Part shown: piece after piece, positions 40,735-50,564 of the stretch | Numbering within the stretch: the first letter of the stretch is position 1 | How the letters are laid out: the number at the start of each line of letters is the position of its first letter | Assembly: GCA_965203805.1 (NCBI GenBank) | Contig: OZ241917.1 | Coordinates: 2,720,001-2,784,000 of the forward strand | Direction: 5' to 3' | DNA: 64,000 nt | Origin: Candidatus Latescibacterota bacterium | Lineage (GTDB): Bacteria > Latescibacterota > UBA2968 > GCA-2709665 | Program-made: the position numbers and the translations under genes | Notes under the pieces: model-generated | Told to the model about the DNA's origin: nothing | The model's input: the letters and a program-made list of their open reading frames with translations, nothing else | Database searches by the model: none

Positions 40735-40930
40735 CCAAAACCTGCAATGCGCGCACGTCCAAACCGAATCGCCGTGCGACTTTTAGCGGGTCAACTTCAT
40801 GCCGTGGCGAAGGGCGCGAATCCGTTCGGCGGTTGGGTCATCTACGATTCGGCACGCACATGGGCGAGCACTTCACCAAGTGCGGTCTCGATCGTATTTC
40901 CCAATGGAGTCTGTTCAGTCGTTTCCTTGA
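40735..40930 (-). pseudogene. Decayed XRE/HTH (YiaG/NadS-like) antitoxin-type regulator
   Basis: Fragments in shifting frames: TPLGNTIETALGEVLAHVR / CRIVDDPTAERIRALRHGMKLTR* / ARRFGLDVRALQ. Confidence 0.5.
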
Positions 40931-41002
40931 ATCCCAAACTGACCCTCCCAGTGTTGTGTCTCAACACCGAAGCGGCGGAGTCCAGATGAGGGCTGCGTGT
41001 TG

Positions 41003-43663
41003 TCAAGATTGGACCGGCTCCCAATTGAACCCTCGGATTTTCTCAATCAACTGTTCTCGAGCGTCGCGCCCGTCGACAGTTTTCTCCGCGACGATGAAGA
41101 GACCCTTCCCCTCGCTCGCTTTCTCCCATAGTTCGCCAATGGTGCGCTTTTCAGCGGTATCCATCCCATCAGCAATATGCGCGCCTTTGTATTCGACCAT
41201 CAAGAGGCGACTATCCGACAATTGCGCAACGAAGTCCGGATAGAACTTACCCGTCGCTGTCGGCAACCAGAACGAATCCGGATGACGTGCCACGTTTCGA
41301 ATCCAGTACGTGACTTCCGGGAGGCTGTCTATTATCTGAGCGCACTGGACCTCCTCACCCTCTTCAGCGCCGTCAAAGGCCGGAACGTTATCTGAACCCA
41401 AATAGTGCTTTCTCGGTATCCAGCGCCCGCGATAATGTTTTTGATCCCGGTACATTCCGGCTTGGAACGAGAATGCGGTATCGAACGAAACAGAAACTCT
41501 GGATTCGGGTGCAAATAGGTAGCTCTGGTAGACACTGTGCCGTTCCTGGAGCCGAATCGTGTTAATTTTGTCTTGGATCTTCCTGGCAAGCAGGTATTTG
41601 CACCGCATCAGCGCAGAGATGCGCAAGCTCCGTGCGTTAAGCAAATGGGCAACCAATTCGCGCAGCCATCTCAAGAGTTCGCGCTGGTGAATATCCATCT
41701 GGCGCACCTGTCGGTCGAGCCAAAGGACGAGTGCTTCTGGTGTCCACCCTTCCACGTCGACGTTCAGCGTCATTTGTTCCTCGGCGCTGGCGAAGCGGTA
41801 GGAAATGCGCCTGCCATCAAGGTCGATCTCAAAGCTGCGTGCCGTCTCATGGATCGTAAACTCGTGCTCATCAAACTTTGGAGAATGGTCGAGCAACGAC
41901 CATTCGTGATATTCCATGTACACGTCGGTATCGGCGAATTCAAGCTTCCCTTGGACATTCGACATCAAACGCGGAACCTTGAATTCCCGGCCCTGTTCGG
42001 CCGGTGAAACTTGATCCTTGACGTTGACGCGATAGTTCGCAACGGCATTGGCGAAAGCCTTTCTCTCTGGCCCAGGCAACTTCTCGCAAATAGCCTTCTC
42101 GCTGCTTTCGCTGATCCAGCCCGTAATCGCGATTTCGACCTTCCCGTCAGCCGTTTCGCGCACCAGCATTTTCTCGTGGTTCACCTCCTTGAGTGCATAC
42201 AAGACTTCGGTTTTCGCCGTGACCTCGTGAGCAAACACCGGCTCCGGCTCGTCCTGTGTGCGATAGAGGTCACCCTGGTCGTCGAATGTGTGCTGAACCT
42301 GTTCGATATTTTCCAGGGCCTCGTCTTCCTCAAAACCCATGGCCACCAGTTTGTCAGCAAGCCCACGCGCGGCCTGTCCAAAGGACGGTTCGGAAAGGAA
42401 GGCATAAGCCTTATTGAGATCTGCATCCTCTCGCCTCGTCGCGTACGGCATCCGAAGCACGCGACCGAGCAGCTGCTCCACGTCTTTCGCGCTCTGAATA
42501 CGCGACACGGAGCAGAAAACGTACGCGAACGAACAGTCCCACCCTTCCTTGAGCGCCTCAACCGTAATGAGGTACTCGATAGGACAGACCGGGTTGAAAA
42601 GGTCAATGCCGTCGAGCTGCCGCTGTTCGCCGGTTGCGACGGCAATCTTCTCTTCGGTTACATGCTCGACGTCAATCAGATGCGTTTTCAACGCCTGGAC
42701 CGGAACGTCCTGATTTCTCGCCTGCGCCTGGAAGAGGACGATTGGACGAATGTAGTCTGAGTCATCCCGGGCTTTTTCCGACAACGCGGCACGGGCCGCC
42801 ACCGCGCCGTTTACTGCGCTCTGCCAAGTGTCGTACTCGGAAAGTGCAATCGGCAGTTTGATCATCTCCTCACGCTTGATTTCGAGCGCGGAAACGCTGT
42901 GCAGAATGTTTGATCTTTTCTGTGGCGTAGCCGTAAACTCGATAATCCCGCACGGGTTTACTCGCGCCTGCATCTCCCTGGTTAGCCCGGTCACGGCGTT
43001 GTGTGCCTCGTCGACCACCATCAATGGGCGATGCAGATGCAGCAAGTTGGCAAAGGAGAATTTGACAGTCCCGTTATTCAGCACCTCCAGACCAGCCGCT
43101 GTGTGTTGCGCCATGGCGAAGTGCGGTTCCATCTCTTCGCTGTGCGCGTAGACCTTGCGTCCTTCTGTGCTTTTTACCCTCAACGTCTGGATCGTACCGA
43201 CCACAATACAACATCGGTCCCGCAGGTCGTGAGGGCGGATGTGTGTGAAATCTGAAATGTCAAATATCCGCACTCGACCATCGAAGGCCTCGTCGAGTAC
43301 CTGCCGATACGCATGGCGTGTGTTCTTCAGTGCGTCGACCGTCTGCCGACGTATGGTATTCGTCGGCACCAGCCACAGGACCAACGGATAGTCCCTCTCA
43401 ATCCAGGTGCCTTGGGCAATGGAAACGGAATGCGCAGCCAGGATGGTCTTGCCACCACCCGTGGGCAGACGCAGGCAGATATAGGGGACGTCCGGCAATT
43501 CCAATAAGGGTACATATGCTCCGCAATATCCGCCAAGCCGCGCGGCCTGCTCCGGTTCCCTCGTTATCGCTTCGTAGGCGTTCTTCGGCCCGGCGACACG
43601 CGCCTCCTCAAAAAACCGGCGCAGGACTGAGAGTGTCTCGATCTGAAATCGTTTGAGTTGCAT
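41003..43663 (-). CDS. res: Type III restriction-modification Res subunit (SF2 helicase plus nuclease)
   Basis: LPTGGGKT, DEAH, EFTATP, EGWD, QLLGRVLR and C-terminal FYPDF...VEYKG motifs. Confidence 0.9.
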   Translation of the reverse strand: MQLKRFQIETLSVLRRFFEEARVAGPKNAYEAITREPEQAARLGGYCGAYVPLLELPDVPYICLRLPTGGGKTILAAHSVSIAQGTWIERDYPLVLWLVPTNTIRRQTVDALKNTRHAYRQVLDEAFDGRVRIFDISDFTHIRPHDLRDRCCIVVGTIQTLRVKSTEGRKVYAHSEEMEPHFAMAQHTAAGLEVLNNGTVKFSFANLLHLHRPLMVVDEAHNAVTGLTREMQARVNPCGIIEFTATPQKRSNILHSVSALEIKREEMIKLPIALSEYDTWQSAVNGAVAARAALSEKARDDSDYIRPIVLFQAQARNQDVPVQALKTHLIDVEHVTEEKIAVATGEQRQLDGIDLFNPVCPIEYLITVEALKEGWDCSFAYVFCSVSRIQSAKDVEQLLGRVLRMPYATRREDADLNKAYAFLSEPSFGQAARGLADKLVAMGFEEDEALENIEQVQHTFDDQGDLYRTQDEPEPVFAHEVTAKTEVLYALKEVNHEKMLVRETADGKVEIAITGWISESSEKAICEKLPGPERKAFANAVANYRVNVKDQVSPAEQGREFKVPRLMSNVQGKLEFADTDVYMEYHEWSLLDHSPKFDEHEFTIHETARSFEIDLDGRRISYRFASAEEQMTLNVDVEGWTPEALVLWLDRQVRQMDIHQRELLRWLRELVAHLLNARSLRISALMRCKYLLARKIQDKINTIRLQERHSVYQSYLFAPESRVSVSFDTAFSFQAGMYRDQKHYRGRWIPRKHYLGSDNVPAFDGAEEGEEVQCAQIIDSLPEVTYWIRNVARHPDSFWLPTATGKFYPDFVAQLSDSRLLMVEYKGAHIADGMDTAEKRTIGELWEKASEGKGLFIVAEKTVDGRDAREQLIEKIRGFNWEPVQS

Positions 43664-43685
43664 GGATCAGTACCGAAAATCCTCT

Positions 43686-44219
43686 CTAAATCGCAGGCGA
43701 CTCTGAGAGTACCGCGGCTTCTTTGAGGCCGAGGTCGTACAGCAGATCCCTGGCTCTCTCGATCCGTCCACCCGCCGCTTTGAGAGGCTTGCGCATTTTC
43801 AACTCTTCAATTGGCCGGTCGCCATAGCCATTTTCCTTCAGAAATACGATAGTAGCGGCGAGTTCCAATACGACATCCGATGCATCCGCCATTTTCTGTA
43901 GTCGTTCCCGAGCATCGGCAGCTGAAAGTTCACCCAAGTTATCCGGATAGGCATCAGTGGCTTTCTTCTTGAAACTCAGGTAAGAGACATCGTACCGGCC
44001 GAGCTTTTGCTTGATTTCAATCCGATCTTCGGCCTGTGCGTCGGCCCATCCATCCGCAAGCTCAAAGGAATACGGACCGTGATGGTAATAGAAGAACGAG
44101 ATCCCGAATTCCGCCCCGCAGCGATCCAGCAGGTAGGCTTCCCTCTGCAGCCGGGTCTGACCGTTCAATTCGTGACCGCTCAGTTTAACCAAATCGACTA
44201 CGACGTCTTTTGCGTTCAT
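43686..44219 (-). CDS. YwgA/SocA-like (Panacea-type) wHTH protein
   Basis: GQTRLQREAYLL, FFYYHHGPYSFEL and LELAATI motifs; overlaps the HD gene (ATGA). Confidence 0.7.
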   Translation of the reverse strand: MNAKDVVVDLVKLSGHELNGQTRLQREAYLLDRCGAEFGISFFYYHHGPYSFELADGWADAQAEDRIEIKQKLGRYDVSYLSFKKKATDAYPDNLGELSAADARERLQKMADASDVVLELAATIVFLKENGYGDRPIEELKMRKPLKAAGGRIERARDLLYDLGLKEAAVLSESPAI

Positions 44220-45574
44220 TTGTTGATCTCCTCCATCATTCGAGTGATTTCTTCTATTTGGCGTTGTTCCGGGGCGTAAACCCGCTGAATACGCTCTACG
44301 TCACGAAGCGCAGGTACAATGCTCGACATGTTGGCAATATCCTTTGGTTCGTGATCTTCGGCGCGCGTCTTTACGAGTATTTTATTGAGTGCCGAAGAAT
44401 CCTCAAAACTGTACCATTCGTAAAGCGTGACCGAAGCGTCGTCGAACAAAAGGCTGTCGAAACCCGAGTATCGATCACTCAATTCTCGCCGGAAGCGGAG
44501 ATATAGATTACCTTGTGCGTCGCCCCGTGCCTGCATTCCGACATCCAGGCACTTGTAAAGACGGCGTTCGCGCAGACGGCTTGCTAACTCAGCGATGTGG
44601 GTGTGGGATGAAGAAGCAAGAGCGGACAGGGTTGTCCAAACTGAGGCATCGTCAAGTTCGAGATACGAACCCAACGACGGCGATTCGTCCGTAAAATACC
44701 GCAAGAATGGCTCTTGCTGTGCCAGTTGGCTCTCTCGACAATCCTGCGTGAAGGTTCTTAGCATAGCGCCAAGCATCTTCTCGGCCGCCCGTGTAGTTTT
44801 GTGCATATAGACCGCTTTGTAGAGGCGGAAACGGGCCTCCAGATATTCCTCCGCCACCTGCAGACCCTTGAAATTGAGATATAGACAAGGTACTCTTACC
44901 GGAGCATCCTCATCTACAGTGACCGAGCCGACCTCCAGACAGTCGAACAGCCAGTCACGATCGAGATGCGCGAACTCGACTCCAGTCATCAGGCGGTCCC
45001 GCTGCAGGTAGTCGAGTCGGTCGGCGTCGAACTGACTGGAAACCACAGTGGCGTAGATGTCCTTTGGCTCTTCCTCCTTAATAACCGCGCTAATGTCTCC
45101 CGGCAGCTCCGTGTCCACCTCTTGCAATATGCTCTTGACCTCCGTATCTCCCTGGAGGATCTCCGCACTCCAGTCTTCATGGCGTTTCCTTCCGCCCGTG
45201 GCCTGAACAACCTGTTCGAAGACGTGACTCAAAGGCCCATGTCCGATATCGTGCAGTAGCGCTGCTAACAGCGCTACCCTCGCTCGTTCCTTGTCAAACT
45301 CCTTGTTTTTCAGGCGGCGTCTGATCACTTCAATGAGTAGCCGTGCAGTGTGATAGACACCGACAGCGTGTGCGAATCGGCTATGTGTCGCGCCGGGATA
45401 CACCAGGTCGGAGAATCCCAAATGACGGATTTGGCGCAACCGCTGAAACTCGGGCGTGTTGAGCAAACGCCAAGCGATTTCATCTGTCTCGTTCTGGGCT
45501 TTGTCATTTCCGTCCCCGAACACAATTAGGCCATGAACCGGGTCGCGGATGCGCCATGTTTCACTATCGATCAT
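44216..45574 (-). CDS. HD-domain phosphohydrolase (YwfO/SAMHD1-like dNTPase family)
   Basis: RDPVHG, FQRLRQI, YPGATHSRFAH, LLHDIGHGPLSH, DADRLDYL-RD and VYMHKT motifs. Start is 45574 or 45616. Confidence 0.9.
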   Translation of the reverse strand: MIDSETWRIRDPVHGLIVFGDGNDKAQNETDEIAWRLLNTPEFQRLRQIRHLGFSDLVYPGATHSRFAHAVGVYHTARLLIEVIRRRLKNKEFDKERARVALLAALLHDIGHGPLSHVFEQVVQATGGRKRHEDWSAEILQGDTEVKSILQEVDTELPGDISAVIKEEEPKDIYATVVSSQFDADRLDYLQRDRLMTGVEFAHLDRDWLFDCLEVGSVTVDEDAPVRVPCLYLNFKGLQVAEEYLEARFRLYKAVYMHKTTRAAEKMLGAMLRTFTQDCRESQLAQQEPFLRYFTDESPSLGSYLELDDASVWTTLSALASSSHTHIAELASRLRERRLYKCLDVGMQARGDAQGNLYLRFRRELSDRYSGFDSLLFDDASVTLYEWYSFEDSSALNKILVKTRAEDHEPKDIANMSSIVPALRDVERIQRVYAPEQRQIEEITRMMEEINK

Positions 45575-46298
45575 CCACTCTCCTCTTGAATGCTCCTCGG
45601 TTTTTATCAGCGTCACGTAGAATTACAACCACGCCCAGACGCATTCTGCCGTTTCATTTGCTTACCTTCACATCATAAGGTGTTTGCTTGAAAACGATGC
45701 CCTCACGGTCGAGAGTCGCAGGCGTTAAGCGCGACTGCTCGCCATATACTGTCAGTGGACCGTCGAAACTCGCATCGCGCCGCGCGATCTCCGTACGAAT
45801 AGTCGCCAGAGTCCTTCGGGTCAAGACATTGCCGCGGCCCGGTTGCCCGTCACCGAGGATGCCGTCGTACAGCAGAGCGTAGGCGCGACCATCGTGCAGA
45901 CCGAGGAGTGGCGAAGCGTCGTTGCCGAGCCACGGACTCCCCGTCTCGCTGAAATAGATATGGGCGGCTAACACAGAAAAGTTTATATCCGATCGAATAT
46001 GCCCGTCCTCGTCGAAGACCGGCGGCCCTAGCCGATAGAAGCGAAACCCACCTCCGCCGTGCCAATTAACGATCTTGGAGATGCCACCCTGTTCGCCGTC
46101 AATAACTTTCCTCAAACGCGGGACACAATGTGTCACAGCGTGCTCACCCATTTCTATGCCGATGTACCGCCGACCCATCTTGTGCGCCACCGCTGCCGTG
46201 GTACCGGAGCCGAGGAAGGAATCGATGACCAGATCACCAGGACTAGTAAAGAGTTCCAAGACACGCTTAATGAGTGCCTCCGGCTTTTTACCCTTCGG

Positions 46299-46587
46299 CA
46301 CTGCTGTCCAAGAACCGTCGGATTCTCAGAGATAAGGTTCGAAATATAGCTTCAATTGGCGATTTTGGACGGGTTTGACCCGGATAATGAAAACCAGGTT
46401 GCCATCGTCTGCGCAATGCTGTCCAAGAACAAAGTGACTCATCCAGTGGCCATAATCGTGCTGTTCCCGTCTCATTAAGCCCGTGAAATAGGCACTTTTT
46501 GAAACTCACGCTACCTTGGTCGAAGCGCTGCTTCGCGGAAGTGAACCAGATGCTGTCCAAGACAGAAACCGATTTTGGACAGGTGTG
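46299..46587. mobile_element. Non-autonomous 289-bp MITE with a 9-bp TSD
   Basis: TSD ACCCTTCGG at 46290-46298 and 46588-46596. TIRs CACTGCTGTCCAAGA and CACACCTGTCCAAAA (reverse complement). Confidence 0.82.
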
Positions 46588-46974
46588 ACCCTTCGGGAAT
46601 TTTACGCCACCTTCATTGTGAAGGTTATTCGAACGGAGGTCGTCCCAAAGATTGGTTAGCGGTTCGCCTGATACCAACTCACCATCAATATCTTTGAGTT
46701 TGTCTCGATAAAAAAGCCAGCGCTTACCGTTACACAGGTAAATGTCAGAATAACCCTGCCGAACTTGACAATATACGCGGTTCGGATTATTCCGGGAGAT
46801 GTCGATCATTTTTCGGGTCTCTTGACCTACACCATCATACGCTGGCGGGACCGGCTGAACCACCCTGTCTGCATTCCCTAGCACGAATTCGTCAAGCGCA
46901 TTCTCATACTGATCTCCAAGACGCCTCTTCTGTTCGCTAGAGGTCTCGTTTGATGACTTAGAGAAAGCCCTTAA

Positions 46975-48655
46975 CCCGACCTATTCATGAAATTGACCGG
47001 AACAGTATTTTTGGAAGTAGGAAGTGTTCTGTAGAAGAGAAAACAATAGAATGAGGTGTTGTTGGCGGGTTGATGAGTGATTTTGGTTGGGCCGTCAGCA
47101 TCAAGGGGTGTCGAGTTCGTGAATTTGTGGTTTGAGAGGACGGACGGATGCCTTGGTCTTACCTGGCGGCTATGATCAAGGGATGGCGGGACCTGCGTGA
47201 AGCGGCGTTATGGAACTGCCATTGCCAAATTACAGAGGATGGTGTCATAGAGGTGTTTCAAGGGAAATGAGGTTGGCAAATGGAGTTTGATTTTGGTTTT
47301 GAGTTCGGACACGCTCCCTGCGACTTTGAGGATGCGATTCTGAATGGTATTAAACTGGGCGTGCGTCCATTGGGTGGTCCGGAGTCCTTTTTCGGTAAGG
47401 GTGTGCATCAAGACATAAGCGGCACTATGCAGCAGGAGACGGAAGTGATTGGCTTCGAAGGTGTGGCAGGAGGTGCGATCGGAATGGAGAAAGGTTTTGT
47501 GATTCTTGATGAAGTTTTCCATCCTGCCGCGCGCACAATAGACGGTTTTGTAGATGAATGAGGGCTGGCTACTTTTCAGGTTGGTGACGACAAAGCGTGT
47601 ATTGGCTTGCCCCGAGGCGGTGATTTCAGCTTTGTAGATGATGCGTCTTGGCACGGCCCAAGTCGTTGCCTGGTAATCGAAACTGGCAAATAACTGCACG
47701 GGCTGTCCGGTTTCCCGATACCGGGCCTTTGCCTGCTCGATCAACGCGTGTCCCCGTTGTGCAAGCCTGGCATTGCCCGTCTGTCCCAGCGTAAAATACA
47801 CCGCTTGCTCGTCGCAAAAGTCGTGGACCTCAGGACAGGAAAAATGGCCATCGCCACGTAAATAGATACCCACGTCCGGCCACGCCTCACGAAGCATTTT
47901 CACCAGTCGCTTGAGAATGCTGACAATCTGTTTGCCGGTAGGACGGGCGCCCGGACGCAAAAGCGTCGTGATCAGTCTTCCTGTCCGGCCTTCATAAATG
48001 TGCAAGGGACAATAACAGCGTTCATTGTAATAGCCATTGAAAAACGACAACTGTTGCTTGCCGTGAACCTCGTCATCGGTGTCATCGATATCCAGAACGA
48101 CCCCTTCGGGAGGCCTATCGTAGGACGCGATGAATCCGTCCACAAGGGCCTCGGCAATGCGATATAAGTCCCGGCGACGAATGCCGTTTTCCAATCGACT
48201 CATCGTGGGTTGGCTGGCCAACGGCGCCCCTGATATCGGCAACCGATCACAGGCCGCCTTGAACGCAGGGTCAAAGCGCAGCAAATTGCAATCGTTCGCA
48301 TCCTCATACGCGCACGCGATCTGAAAGACACGCTGGCTGATCAGATCCGCCATCGGGTGATCCACGTAACTGGGATGCCGACGGTCCGGCAACGCCTCGA
48401 CGATCCGAGACAGGATGCCGTTTTTGGACTCCACCTCTCGAAGCAGCATCAAACCCATATCGCTGGTGAGCACACCGCCATCGAAGACCGCTTCTACCTG
48501 CTTGCCAGAAATACTTGCGAAAGGAAGTGCGGCTTGTTTATCTTGAACTTCCACGGTAGTTTCCTCCTGTTTCATTGTGTTATGGTTATTTGCGTAACCA
48601 CAATATAATACAATGACTTGGGTATGGAAACTACCTTTTTTGTGAATAATTGGGG
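46975..48655 (-). mobile_element. IS1380-family insertion sequence (1681 bp)
   Basis: TTAA duplicated at 46971-46974 and 48656-48659. TIRs CCCGACCTATTCATGAA and CCCCAATTATTCACAAA. Confidence 0.9.
47208..48554 (-). CDS. IS1380-family DDE transposase
   Basis: FDGGVLTSD, YEDANDC, SQPTMSRLEN, LDIDDTDD, LRGDGHF and YCARGRMENFIK motifs; GTG start after AGGAGG. Confidence 0.92.
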   Translation of the reverse strand: MEVQDKQAALPFASISGKQVEAVFDGGVLTSDMGLMLLREVESKNGILSRIVEALPDRRHPSYVDHPMADLISQRVFQIACAYEDANDCNLLRFDPAFKAACDRLPISGAPLASQPTMSRLENGIRRRDLYRIAEALVDGFIASYDRPPEGVVLDIDDTDDEVHGKQQLSFFNGYYNERCYCPLHIYEGRTGRLITTLLRPGARPTGKQIVSILKRLVKMLREAWPDVGIYLRGDGHFSCPEVHDFCDEQAVYFTLGQTGNARLAQRGHALIEQAKARYRETGQPVQLFASFDYQATTWAVPRRIIYKAEITASGQANTRFVVTNLKSSQPSFIYKTVYCARGRMENFIKNHKTFLHSDRTSCHTFEANHFRLLLHSAAYVLMHTLTEKGLRTTQWTHAQFNTIQNRILKVAGSVSELKTKIKLHLPTSFPLKHLYDTILCNLAMAVP

Positions 48656-49279
48656 TTAAGAGCGGAATTAGCCTCCACTTTGAATATTCATCTTCGAAGT
48701 TTTCTATGAAGGAAGAATATCTGACGTCTCGATTTCGTTTCGTAAAGACCCGATTTGGCCTCCAATGCCTAGACTTATCCCGAGCATACATAACTATGTA
48801 ATTCGTAACTGTAACCACACCGGGATTGATCGCTTTGTGCCCGACTGCTGCAGCCTGACGAAATGTGCATAAATTGATGCGGTTTTTCCTTCCAAAGATC
48901 TCATCCAGTATAACGATGCAGTAGGCAAGTTCTTCATCGTCAAGGTGAACGACAATTGTACCGGTCGGAGCAAGCAAATCGCGTAGCAACTCAAGGCGGG
49001 GGCACATCATGCCGAGCCAGATTGAGTGTTCCATATTGTCGTCATAGTGCTGAAACGCCTGACCCGTGTTGAATGGTGGATCAATGTATATACAATTCAC
49101 CTGCCCGGCAAAGAAAGGCAGAAGCGCCTTCAGTGCTTGCAGATTATCACCCTGGATGAGCAGATTACCTTCGTCCAATTTCCCGGTGGAAAGGTCGGAG
49201 GCTTCTTCCAGCAGTCGAAAGGGCACCTGTGATGTAACTTGAATGTCGGCTTCTCGTGTCAACCAGCTAAGGGTTGGCA

Positions 49280-50500
49280 TCAGCTATCCTCCTCAGTTAT
49301 TCCCGACATGGCTTCTTCGTACACGGCAATCCATTTATCGGCTTCTTTTTCCGTGTAGGCCCCCGTAACGGCTTCACTGTATCCTGCCGGTAGTTCATCT
49401 CTCTTCGGCTGACCAATGTGCGGTTGCAACTTCCCTCGAAGCTTTTCTGCTCCTTCGTCAGGCAAGTCTTTGGCGAAGGAGTCCACTTGCTCCCGACTCA
49501 GGTCACCCGCGAAGATTACGTCGTGTAGTTCGGTTTTTTTGCCAATTTGATTCCGCATACGATCTGCAAACTTGTGAGGTGCACGGCCACCACATACACC
49601 CTGTAGTTGCGCTTGGAAGAGATCGGCCCCTTGCAGGTGCACCCCGGTAAATCTGGCGCCTTGCAAACATGCTAGGTATAGCCTGGCGCCTTGCATCTGC
49701 GCGCCAAAGAGCTCGGCGCCTATCAGGCACGCCGTGAAAAGTTGAGCCCCCTGCATGTGCGCCTCAATAAAATCAGCCGCCTGCAGGTGTGCCATTTCAA
49801 GATTAGCCCCTTGCAGATGCGCCTCCCGAAAATTGGCTCTTTGCAGGTGTGCCTTATAGAAAATGGTCCCTTGCAGGTGCGCATTTGCCAGGTCAGCCTT
49901 TTCCAAATGCGCTTCCCTGACGTCCGCACCGTTCAGGTAGCTTTCCTTTAAGTTTACGTGGAGACCTCTGAAGATCTCATGGTTCTTAACGAACAGCAGG
50001 GTCAGTAGACTCTGCACTTCCTCCGAGGGTTTCGACTTTTGCTTTTTCCGATATTCATCCTCGCCTGTCGTCTGACGAATATGAGCGCAGAGAATGTCCT
50101 GTACCGTCTGTCTCAATGCGGCAGTATCGTCCGCCAGATGGACGAGTTCGTAGGCCCCGCCCAGCCGAACTGATTCGGATACGTGTCCCAGATGTTCAAT
50201 GGCATTCTTCATGCGCTCTTGCAGCAGTCCTTGTTCAGCGGATACAGTTCTATCCTCCATCGCTTTTGCACGTCTGTTAGAAGCATGAGCTTGCAGGGCG
50301 ATCAGAATTCCGCCCATGGCTATTCCAACGAACTTTAGGATTTCAGATTTTTCGGAAACTCCAAGATGCTCAGAGACCTTTGTCTCGAAACTATCGAAGA
50401 AAAGAACACCCACGAAAACCGCGAGAGTCAGAACAAGCACGGCGATCAACGTGTTCTGAAGAGTGCAATGTCCGGTAATCACATAACTAAGGCGTTCCAT
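49280..50500 (-). CDS. Membrane-anchored pentapeptide-repeat protein
   Basis: Two N-terminal TM helices, AIEHLG...VRLGGAYEL and A(H/Q)LQGA repeats. Confidence 0.9.
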   Translation of the reverse strand: MERLSYVITGHCTLQNTLIAVLVLTLAVFVGVLFFDSFETKVSEHLGVSEKSEILKFVGIAMGGILIALQAHASNRRAKAMEDRTVSAEQGLLQERMKNAIEHLGHVSESVRLGGAYELVHLADDTAALRQTVQDILCAHIRQTTGEDEYRKKQKSKPSEEVQSLLTLLFVKNHEIFRGLHVNLKESYLNGADVREAHLEKADLANAHLQGTIFYKAHLQRANFREAHLQGANLEMAHLQAADFIEAHMQGAQLFTACLIGAELFGAQMQGARLYLACLQGARFTGVHLQGADLFQAQLQGVCGGRAPHKFADRMRNQIGKKTELHDVIFAGDLSREQVDSFAKDLPDEGAEKLRGKLQPHIGQPKRDELPAGYSEAVTGAYTEKEADKWIAVYEEAMSGITEEDS

Positions 50501-50564
50501 AACTGACCTCGTAGGAATTCAAATTGCATATCGTGCAATACATCCGTCTGCCCTGATCTCGCCA

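Larger units (their letters stand above)
45654..49280 (-). pseudogene. mod: Type III R-M Mod (N6-adenine methyltransferase), interrupted by IS1380 and a MITE
   Basis: N-terminal part has GDNL and YIDPPFN; C-terminal part has KPEALI and DSFLGSGTT. Joining 49280-48656, 46970-46588 and 46289-45654 gives 1644 nt in a single frame (547 aa). Confidence 0.88.
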
